DNA of 64,000 bases, taken from an uncultured bacterium. GTDB lineage: Bacteria > Fidelibacterota > Marinisomatia > Marinisomatales > TCS56. The notes below the pieces were generated by a model. It was not told the origin of the DNA, searched no databases, and saw only the letters and a program-made list of their open reading frames with translations. Each line of letters opens with the position of its first letter. Positions within the stretch are counted from its first letter, which is position 1. Positions 9,262-16,571 of the stretch are shown one piece after another. The translations under genes and the position numbers were made by a program. The stretch spans positions 7,209-71,208 of the forward strand of contig CAZVNL010000004.1 of NCBI GenBank assembly GCA_964628055.1, given 5' to 3'.

Positions 9262-9590
9262 GGGTTAACCTCAACAAAACTTGGTCCGGTTCACTCCGGG
9301 GAAGCTGCTCCTGCCAGCGGCCGTTTTTCTCGACACCTCTATGTTTTAATTACCGTAACTTTGACCCTCCAGTCTACTCCTACTAACCTCAAGATCGTTT
9401 TCGGGCTGTTCAGCTCTCTGGTAGGGTTATCTGCCTTTATTACGTACGGGGATTTTAGTTTTGGTAATGGTGAATTGAGATAGTGGAGTTGTTGAACACC
9501 GTCGAAATACCCCCACTTTTATCAACTGGAAATCAGGAATGGAGTACGGAGAAGCAACCTATCAACAGATATATGGAAGAAAGGGATGAA

Positions 9591-10325
9591 ATGAAATACA
9601 TTGTTGGAATCATATTGGTGCTGTCCGTTACCATTTGGTCGTGCGGCAGCGACTCCAATCAGGGACAAACGGTGGCCATTAATACCGCTAAAGACTCGGT
9701 GAGTTATAGCATCGGTATGGACATTGGCAGTACCTTGAAAAGACAGTCTATAGAAGTGAATCAAGACGTTTTTATTCAGGGATTTAAAGATGCCTATGGT
9801 GGAGACACCACCCAGTTATCCCCGGATCAGATGAAAAATGTGCTGGTGGCCTTTCAGCAACAGCAACGTGCCCAACGGGAGGAACAGGCCAAGCAATTGG
9901 CTAAGAAGAATAAAGAAGAAGGCGAGGCATATTTGGAAGCTCACGCCCGGGAGCCCGGTGTGATTGCCCTACCCAGTGGTCTACAATACAAGGTTCTCCA
10001 GGCTGGTAACGGTCCCGTTCCCACTATTAACGACCGGGTTCGGGTTCATTACAAGGGGATGTTATTAGACGGGACGGTGTTTGACAGTTCGTATGATCGT
10101 GGCCAACCGGCCACTTTTGGTGTGGGTCGCGTGATCAAGGGTTGGACCGAGGCGTTGCAGCTCATGAACGTGGGTTCTAAATGGGAACTCACCATTCCAC
10201 CAGACTTAGCCTACGGTGAACGGGGTGCTGGTGAAAAGATTGAACCGAATAGCGTACTGGTCTTCGAGGTTGAGCTACTGGGAATTGAGAAGCCGGAACC
10301 CCTGCCCCAAAGCAGCGGAAAGTAA
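9591..10325 (+). CDS. FKBP-type peptidyl-prolyl cis-trans isomerase (FkpA/Mip-like lipoprotein)
   Basis: ATG 9591 gives the signal MKYIVGIILVLSVTIWSCG. An N-terminal dimerisation helix is followed by an FKBP core (VRVHYKGMLLDGTVFDSSYDRGQPATF ... VLVFEVELL). The ORF-track GTG at 9483 is probably too far upstream. Confidence 0.88.
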   Translation: MKYIVGIILVLSVTIWSCGSDSNQGQTVAINTAKDSVSYSIGMDIGSTLKRQSIEVNQDVFIQGFKDAYGGDTTQLSPDQMKNVLVAFQQQQRAQREEQAKQLAKKNKEEGEAYLEAHAREPGVIALPSGLQYKVLQAGNGPVPTINDRVRVHYKGMLLDGTVFDSSYDRGQPATFGVGRVIKGWTEALQLMNVGSKWELTIPPDLAYGERGAGEKIEPNSVLVFEVELLGIEKPEPLPQSSGK

Positions 10326-10391
10326 ACTCTGTGGTAGGTGCCGGGGCGCTTCCTCCAGTCCGCAACACTTTATAGCGATAAAAAGAAGTCC

Positions 10392-11933
10392 ATGAAGCCT
10401 ACCATTGATTTAGGGATAAAACGGTGGTGGTTGCCGCTCCTGGGATTATTAACCGTTTCCGTTTGGACGACTTCCTGTGCCCATTGGGGACCCCCACCCC
10501 CCACAAAAGAGGCTCGCGCCGTGTGGATCTCTCGCTTTGAATATTGCGAATATTCCCCAACCCGCGACCAGGATTCCATCCGTAGCTATATTGCTAATGC
10601 CATCGATAAAGCTGCCCAGGCCAATTTCAACATGGTCTTTTTCCAGGTCCGGGGTAACGGGGACGCCTACTACACGCCCGGTCGGGAACCGTGGGGCAGT
10701 TTGCTCACCGATACGTTGGGGAAAGATCCCGGCTGGGACCCCCTGGCCTTTGCCCTGGAGCGGGCCCACGCCCGGGGACTGGAATTACATGCCTGGATCA
10801 ACGCCTTCCCCGTCTGGCGCGGGAGTGAACCACCCCCAGAAACCAAGCCGCGCTCCCCTTACCTAAAGCATCCCGAATGGCTCGTCTGCGATATTGCCGG
10901 GACGCCCCAACCCCTGTCCGAGCATTATGTTTCGTTCTCACCGGGCATACCGGCTGTCCACGATTACATTATCGACGTAGTAAAAGACATTGTCCAACGG
11001 TACGACGTGGATGGCATTCATTTCGACTATGTTCGCTACCCGGAAAAGTCGCCGGAAAAAGGTTTTTCCCACGATTCCATCAGCGTGGCCCGCTTCAATT
11101 CCCAGGAAGGAAATCCCTATCGTTTAGAGTGGGAGGACTGGCAACGGGAACAGCTCAACCAGTTTGTCTATCGAGCCTATAATGAACTTACTACCCTGAA
11201 ACCGGAGTTGAAAGTCTCCGCAGCCGTCATTGGTAGTTACAACGAGGGAGGGTGGAACGCCTATTACAGTGTCTATCAGGATCCCCGGCGCTGGGTGGAA
11301 TTAGGCAAGCTGGATTTCATCACCCCCATGATGTACTGGCCCCGGCGGCATCCGGATTATCCCTTTGCTACGTTGGCCGAAAAATGGCAGGAGCAACTAC
11401 CCCCAGAACGCTACGTCTTCCCTGGAATTGGCACTTACCGCTACACCAGCCGGAAACGGAATTATAACTGGCGGGAAGCCCTGGCACAAGTTGACGTGGT
11501 ACGATCCCACCAGCTACCTGGGCTAGTCTTTTTTGGCTCCCGCAGCCTAACTGATCGGTGGGAAAATCTACGCGAACAGCGCTTTACTAATCGGGCTAAT
11601 ATCCCTGCCATGGCCTGGAAAGACAGTCTGCCTCCCGAACCACCTGCCAACTTGCGGATTGAACCGCAAAAAGCAGGGGTTGCTCTCATGTGGACTCCCT
11701 CGGCCAGTATTGATGTACGTCGTTATAATATTTACGTTGGCCAAGGACCTAAGGTAATGAACAAGACCAGGTGGCGTTTAGCGGCGGTTACGCCGGGACC
11801 CGTGTCTGCTTATACTTTATCCAGGACACAACTGGGCACAAGCCGGTACATCGCCATCTCGGCCCTGGATGCCGCCTGGAATGAAAGTGACTTGATCGGG
11901 GCTGTCTCGATTAGAGGGCAGACAAGAAAATAG
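10392..11933 (+). CDS. glycoside hydrolase-like family 10 (GHL10/YngK-like) lipoprotein with C-terminal FN3-like domain
   Basis: ATG 10392 (MKPTIDLG...) gives a signal with Cys (WTTSCAHW). Motifs FFQVRGNGDAYY, LELHAWINAF and GIHFDYVRYP are present. Confidence 0.8.
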   Translation: MKPTIDLGIKRWWLPLLGLLTVSVWTTSCAHWGPPPPTKEARAVWISRFEYCEYSPTRDQDSIRSYIANAIDKAAQANFNMVFFQVRGNGDAYYTPGREPWGSLLTDTLGKDPGWDPLAFALERAHARGLELHAWINAFPVWRGSEPPPETKPRSPYLKHPEWLVCDIAGTPQPLSEHYVSFSPGIPAVHDYIIDVVKDIVQRYDVDGIHFDYVRYPEKSPEKGFSHDSISVARFNSQEGNPYRLEWEDWQREQLNQFVYRAYNELTTLKPELKVSAAVIGSYNEGGWNAYYSVYQDPRRWVELGKLDFITPMMYWPRRHPDYPFATLAEKWQEQLPPERYVFPGIGTYRYTSRKRNYNWREALAQVDVVRSHQLPGLVFFGSRSLTDRWENLREQRFTNRANIPAMAWKDSLPPEPPANLRIEPQKAGVALMWTPSASIDVRRYNIYVGQGPKVMNKTRWRLAAVTPGPVSAYTLSRTQLGTSRYIAISALDAAWNESDLIGAVSIRGQTRK

Positions 11934-12091
11934 TACTTTAATTATCGTTACCATGCAAAGTATTAAAAGGTTATAGTCTATTTAATTGTCAGCTGGTAAA
12001 GTTCAAAAAGTACTGTAAAATGATTCAACCGGCACCCTTTCGGTTTTGGTACTCATTTTCCCAACGTTGACCGGTAAGTTCAAACTCCGGA

Positions 12092-12262
12092 TTAAGGTAC
12101 GGCTGATACAGTCGTTCCCATTTCGTAAGGATGTCGCTTACTATGGGAAAGAATGCAGCGCCGGATCCGATGGACATAAACCTGTTCGGCGTCCCGGCTG
12201 TAATGGTTGATACGAATTATATCGCCGACCTTGCTGAACAATTGGGGTGGATTTAGCCCACC
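12092..12262 (-). pseudogene. fragment of a tyrosine recombinase, integron-integrase-like N-terminal SAM-like domain
   Basis: My hand translation gives GGLNPPQLFSKVGDIIRINHYSRDAEQVYVHRIRRCILSHSKRHPYEMGTTVSAVP*. This matches the IntI/XerD-like N-terminal pattern as I recall it (..IR..[19 protein letters not shown]..LG). There is no start codon, it is truncated after ~55 codons, and no catalytic domain follows in any frame. Confidence 0.6.
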
Positions 12263-12476
12263 TTTTATTACATTATATTTTTACATTCTGATTCGTATGG
12301 TACTAACTTCCGCTGGGGTTTAATTTACGGGAGAATGTAACCAATATTAATAGTTAAGGGTAAAGAAGGGGTAAAGACAAAGCCAATAGCTGTATAATAC
12401 CGGAGGCGTATGAAGAGAAGGCGTGATATAGCGCAGCAATTAGGCAGCCTAATTGTAGTTAACGGGAATTCATCGC

Positions 12477-13063
12477 ATGGCCAATGAGATAATATCGTAT
12501 CTTGAGATGTGTCAACGAGAGGGTGCTAGCTTACAGCAAGGCATGAATTTCGGACTTGGAGGCAATCACTCCTTCCGAATGCACCCTACGAAGATGAGAT
12601 TCAAGATGGTGGCACCGTTCTCATCTATGAGGGCCACGACAAACCTCGAAGCCGGAGAGTGCCCGACCCGAAGCGTGTTGACCAACCACGACATTCTCCC
12701 ATTGGCTCCCTAACTCAAAATGGCCTCTTTTATGATGCTGCTATAGAGGCTAGGGCGGGTTCTCGTCCACCAGAACTTGTTCGAGTTTACGAAAAGATAA
12801 GACAGGGCATATGGTCGTATAACGGGGTCTTTCATCTTATTGACGCTTGGCAGCAGGTTTCTAATGGGCGCAAAGTATTTAAGTTCAAGCTTGTAGCGAT
12901 AGAAGGTGAGGAAGATCTCGACAGGCCTGTTCGTCGGGATGCCCTGCGAACATTTGGCTATTTGATTATTTCACCCGACGGGATCGGGGTTAGAAATTCA
13001 TTCATGGTTTTAATTAAAATTCATCCGGTATCCCCATCTTGCATCTATTTGACTATTATTTAA
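12477..13063 (+). pseudogene. frameshifted and 3'-truncated HNH-endonuclease-family gene (N-terminal domain only)
   Basis: Frame 1 reads MANEIISYLEMCQREGASLQQGMNFGLGGNHS. A shift near 12575 then continues as NAPYEDEIQDGGTVLIYEGHDKPRSRRVPDPKRVDQP...GSLTQNGLFYDAA...PPELVRVYEKIRQGIWSYNGVFHLIDAW...KVFKFKLV. Family-like sequence stops near 12945 and no HNH motif follows. Confidence 0.6.
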
Positions 13064-13157
13064 CTTCGTTTAACACTTTAAGCCATAAAGTAGTAAACGG
13101 TGAAGAACATATCATTCATTCTCAATAAATCCAGTTTACCGACGGTGGGTTGATTAG

Positions 13158-13231
13158 TACCCCCAGCAGGACTCGAACCTGCAACCTACGGCTTAGAAGG
13201 CCGTTGCTCTTTCCCGTTGAGCTATGGGGGC
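13158..13231 (-). tRNA. tRNA-Arg (anticodon UCU)
   Basis: Hand-folded 74-nt cloverleaf: GCCCCCA TA GCTC AACGGGAAA GAGC A ACGGC CTTCTAA GCCGT AGGTT GCAGG TTCGAGT CCTGC TGGGGGT A. The T-loop is GTTCGAGTC. CCA is not encoded. Pair 1:72 is G-U. Confidence 0.9.
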
Positions 13232-13320
13232 TTGAGGTAGAAAAAGGTGGTAGAAATTAGCGCATTAACACCGTGTAAGGGAATAAATGAATGGGCTTGA
13301 TGGTTTGTGGTCTATCCCTG

Positions 13321-13348
13321 TTTTCTCGACGGAAGATCGTCGAGAAAA
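13321..13348. promoter_or_regulatory. perfect 11-bp inverted repeat (TTTTCTCGACG-N6-CGTCGAGAAAA) abutting a sigma70-like promoter
   Basis: The palindrome lies 3 nt upstream of TTGACA (13352-13357). After 18 nt comes TACACT (13376-13381). A related half-site TCGACGAGA sits at 13384-13392. The palindrome lies in the divergent region between tRNA-Arg and the small ORF. It has no trailing U-run on either strand, so it is not a terminator. Confidence 0.45.
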
Positions 13349-13436
13349 ATCTTGACATTAAAGCCCTGCCGGTGGTACACTTGTCGACGAGAGACAAAGT
13401 TTATTTACAACCACACAACTATAAAGGAGGTCTTTA

Positions 13437-13664
13437 ATGGCTGAAGTTGTAAAAACCACAGGAATCACCAAAGAGAGTGGTTATCTATATTACCTCGGTA
13501 AAGACGGTAACGTCTGGCGTTCCAAGATGGCCCGCGCCGGTAAAGGCGGTGGGAATGCCGAAAAGGTCGCCTACGCTGGCGTCCAGCGGGAAGCCGGGTA
13601 TCTGTACTTCATCGATAAGAGTGGGAATGTCGCCCGCGCCAAGATGGCTCGCGGTCGGAAGTAA
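13437..13664 (+). CDS. small basic protein with two tandem ~30-aa repeats, uncharacterised
   Basis: AAAGGAGG lies 7 nt before the ATG. Repeat 1 is KESGYLYYLGKDGNVWRSKMARAGKGG and repeat 2 is REAGYLYFIDKSGNVARAKMARGRK. A terminator follows immediately. Confidence 0.7.
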   Translation: MAEVVKTTGITKESGYLYYLGKDGNVWRSKMARAGKGGGNAEKVAYAGVQREAGYLYFIDKSGNVARAKMARGRK

Positions 13665-13690
13665 CACTCCCTAATTTCCTGTAGTCCATT

Positions 13691-13722
13691 AAAAGTCCTC
13701 CCCTTTTGGAGAGGACTTTTTT
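13691..13722 (+). terminator. rho-independent terminator
   Basis: Stem AAAAGTCCTC (13691-13700) pairs with GAGGACTTTT (13711-20), with a 10-nt loop, and runs into a T-tract. Confidence 0.75.
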
Positions 13723-13865
13723 ACACCGTGACCCGTCACTCCCCTCGCAGTGGGCCAGGAAAAACACTGGCAGGGCGACCCTCGGTTTTACCATTAGGTG
13801 TTTTTTGGGCAAGCTGTGTTGAAAGTCTTACCCACAGAGCCCTAAAAAGCATTAATTTTATCCCG

Positions 13866-14585
13866 ATGATTGTCCGCTCCTGCCGGTTATTATTACTCCT
13901 CGGGGTCCTGGCCTGTTCTGCCCCCCCTGTTCCGTCTATTTCCCTGGAACGGTCTAACCTGCCTCCGCCCACAGAGACGCCAGCAAAACCGGTCTTACCG
14001 GTGAAATCGCTTCCCCGGGGCTGGATTCTCAACGGCGAGCCCATCGCTAATTGGTCCATAACTTTGACGGCTGTGTTGGGGCTGGGGCTCGATACCACTG
14101 CGGAAGTCGCTTACTGGGAAGACCCGCTAGAATTACCCACGGGAATGATGCTACCTCTAAAGCGGGCCAAGCTCGTTTACCAACACGATACACGCATCAC
14201 CGTGGAGCAGATCGAACTCCAGTTCATTAATGTGGACTACATCTACAGTATCACCAATTACGAGCCCTCCCACTATATCCTGGAACAGATTACAAAAACG
14301 GTGGAAATGAAGAAGACCGGCTTTCCCCAGCTAACCGCCGATGACGTCTTACGCCACAAAATACTCTTCGTCTATGGCACGCCCAAGGAATTCGATGGAA
14401 CCTGGCACACCTATGCCGATACGGAAACGGAAATGAAGGTTCGAGTAGTGGACGATTTCCATGTAACGGTCCAGATGCACAGCCTGAAAGTGGAACAAAA
14501 ACTCCGTCAAGCCATTGAGGACGTCTATTCAGAAGAGGGAATTGAAAACCGCAAGCAGGAACTGCTCCAGGGTATTGATTTATAG
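13866..14585 (+). CDS. hypothetical lipoprotein
   Basis: ATG 13866 gives MIVRSCRLLLLLGVLACSAPP, a signal plus lipobox. The ORF-track GTG at 13728 lies inside the terminator and is rejected. No family recognised. Confidence 0.6.
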   Translation: MIVRSCRLLLLLGVLACSAPPVPSISLERSNLPPPTETPAKPVLPVKSLPRGWILNGEPIANWSITLTAVLGLGLDTTAEVAYWEDPLELPTGMMLPLKRAKLVYQHDTRITVEQIELQFINVDYIYSITNYEPSHYILEQITKTVEMKKTGFPQLTADDVLRHKILFVYGTPKEFDGTWHTYADTETEMKVRVVDDFHVTVQMHSLKVEQKLRQAIEDVYSEEGIENRKQELLQGIDL

Positions 14586-14635
14586 AAATTTCCGCCCAAG
14601 GTTGTAGCAAGTCCCATCCCACCCCTTTTAGAAGT

Positions 14636-15907
14636 ATGAATTTCCTCAAGCTATCTTTGTATTGGGCGTTATGGTTTACCTTCTTGGGGGCGCGAACTCC
14701 CATTGTATCGGAAGTTGTTTTTTCCGGTCAAAAGATCACCAAGCCCTATGTCATCCAACGGGAATTACAGCATCCTGTGGGGGTTCCCCTGGATAGCGCC
14801 CTGGCCGCCGATGACCGGGACCGCCTGGAAAATTTAGGCATCTTTGCCGGGGTAACCTGGGAGGCCATTCCCCTCCCGGACGGGACCGTGCAGCTCCATT
14901 ACCGTGTAGTGGAATCCTTTCGCTTTGTGGGAGGCCCCTTGCCCGTTTACAACGAGGATACGGGTTGGTCCCTGCAATTCGGACTCATCATAAACAATTT
15001 TCGCGGCCGGGACGAAACCTTATCTACTGGGGGAAGTGTAGGGGGACAACGCATGTTTGGCCTGGAGTTTTACGATCCCTGGATTGTGGGGGATCATGTT
15101 TCTCTTGCCATTCAAACAGGGCGCAACGTACAGGCCCATCTTTTTCTACCTTATGATGTTAAAACCAATTCGTTTGAGGCCAACATTGGCCGCTATTTCG
15201 GCTACGAATGGAAAACTAGTTTGGGATTTGAATTAGAGGAAAAGGCGTTCGTCAATCCACACCGTCAACTGGATTATCGTTACTTTGCACCCCAGGGAAC
15301 GTTTCAATACGATACACGGGACATTTACCTGGAGCCCACTCGGGGGGTTCATTTTGTTCAATCATTTTATTCACTGCTTTATTTCACCGGTAGCCCCCAC
15401 GGTTCAACAACAATCTGGCGCCACTCTTACAGCCTGTTCCACACCCTGAAAAAGGGGTCGCGAAAACGTATTCTAGCCCTTAACTACTCTTCAAGGATTA
15501 CCCTAGGAGTGCAGGATTCCGTCTGGCTGGATTATATCGGCGGAGCCTTTACCGTCCGGGGATGGAGCATTCCCAGTCGGGCTTTATTTGCCGATGGCGG
15601 GCAACCCTATCGTTTTGGACAGCACTACGGCACCGCCTCGGTGGAAATTCGCCAGGTGATCATTCCCCGCTACGTGACGCGGTTCAAAACCGAGTTCGGA
15701 TTGACAATCGCCTTTTTTATAGATGCTGGTCTAGCCGGTAACACTGTCCGGGCAATACTCAAGGAAGCGCCCTTGATGGGAACCGGCTTCAGTTTTCAGA
15801 TTCCCTGGCCGGTTTTTGGGATTATTCGCTTCGATTACGGTTGGGGATTCCACAATGGCGCTTTCCGCGACCGCGCCTTTCATTTTTCCTTCCAGCAGAA
15901 GTTTTAA
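14636..15907 (+). CDS. Omp85/BamA-family outer membrane protein (one POTRA domain plus beta-barrel)
   Basis: 423 aa with a signal peptide. A POTRA-like segment is present (VVFSGQKITKPYVIQRELQHPVGVPLDSALAADDRDRLENLGIF). The barrel is aromatic-rich and ends in FQQKF, a terminal-Phe OMP signature. Confidence 0.8.
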   Translation: MNFLKLSLYWALWFTFLGARTPIVSEVVFSGQKITKPYVIQRELQHPVGVPLDSALAADDRDRLENLGIFAGVTWEAIPLPDGTVQLHYRVVESFRFVGGPLPVYNEDTGWSLQFGLIINNFRGRDETLSTGGSVGGQRMFGLEFYDPWIVGDHVSLAIQTGRNVQAHLFLPYDVKTNSFEANIGRYFGYEWKTSLGFELEEKAFVNPHRQLDYRYFAPQGTFQYDTRDIYLEPTRGVHFVQSFYSLLYFTGSPHGSTTIWRHSYSLFHTLKKGSRKRILALNYSSRITLGVQDSVWLDYIGGAFTVRGWSIPSRALFADGGQPYRFGQHYGTASVEIRQVIIPRYVTRFKTEFGLTIAFFIDAGLAGNTVRAILKEAPLMGTGFSFQIPWPVFGIIRFDYGWGFHNGAFRDRAFHFSFQQKF

Positions 15908-15908
15908 A

Positions 15909-16571
15909 CTATTTCCTCCTGCGCAGGACCATCGCCTTTTCGAAACGGTTTTCTGACCCCTCCCGCAGCCGGGCGATGTTACTGCGGTGTGTATAGACCA
16001 CGAACCAGGGGATCAGTAGGCTAAAGATGATTAGCGACATAGGAGCGGGCTGGAGAATCCCCAGGGGAGGCAACAGGAGCAGGAAAAGGGGCAGGGCCAC
16101 GGAGGCCATGATGGAACTGAGGGAGACATAGCCACTCATCATTAGGGTAATAACAAAAACTGTTAGGCATAAGGGAAACACGATGGGGTAAAGGGCCAGG
16201 AGCATCCCCGCCAGGGTTCCTACGCCTTTGCCCCCACGAAACCCGGCAAAGACCGTGTACGTGTGCCCCAGAACGGCGGCAAAGCCACAAAGGATCTGAA
16301 TAACTCCTTGATCTATGGTCAGTTGGCCCGGGAATAGATAAAGGGCGTACAAGAATGTGGCCAGCCAGCCTTTGAATACATCCACAATAACCACCACCAG
16401 GGCTGGTTTCCAACCCAGGACGCGGAAGACGTTGGTGCCGCCGGCGTTACCGCTTCCGTGCTCCCGGATGTCAATACCCCGGACGATTTTTCCCACGATG
16501 ATGCTGGTGGGGAAAGAGCCGGTGAGATAACTGGCTACTAAAAGTAATAAGAGCATGGTCATGGTATTCAT
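15909..16571 (-). CDS. plsY: glycerol-3-phosphate acyltransferase PlsY (acyl-phosphate dependent)
   Basis: 220 aa and multi-TM, with motifs GSGNAGGTNVFRVLG and FRGGKGV. Its start overlaps the upstream stop (ATGA at 16568-16571). Confidence 0.93.
   Translation of the reverse strand: MNTMTMLLLLLVASYLTGSFPTSIIVGKIVRGIDIREHGSGNAGGTNVFRVLGWKPALVVVIVDVFKGWLATFLYALYLFPGQLTIDQGVIQILCGFAAVLGHTYTVFAGFRGGKGVGTLAGMLLALYPIVFPLCLTVFVITLMMSGYVSLSSIMASVALPLFLLLLPPLGILQPAPMSLIIFSLLIPWFVVYTHRSNIARLREGSENRFEKAMVLRRRK

Noticed and set aside
9262-9590. Possible SRP/4.5S-like RNA in the 330-nt intergenic region (GGTCCGG ... GGAAGCTGC)
   Set aside because: It resembles the conserved domain IV sequence CAGGUCCGGAAGGAAGCAGCC only superficially. 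The GGAA tetraloop helix cannot be formed and no extended helix 5 pairing was found.
12438-12454. AATTAGGC-A-GCCTAATT palindrome as a bona fide attC/attI recombination site
   Set aside because: The half-sites are in the opposite order to an attC (R'' ... R') and have no spacer for the L boxes. Each differs from the GTTRRRY and RYYYAAC cores. I keep it only as a supporting oddity in the island-remnant finding.
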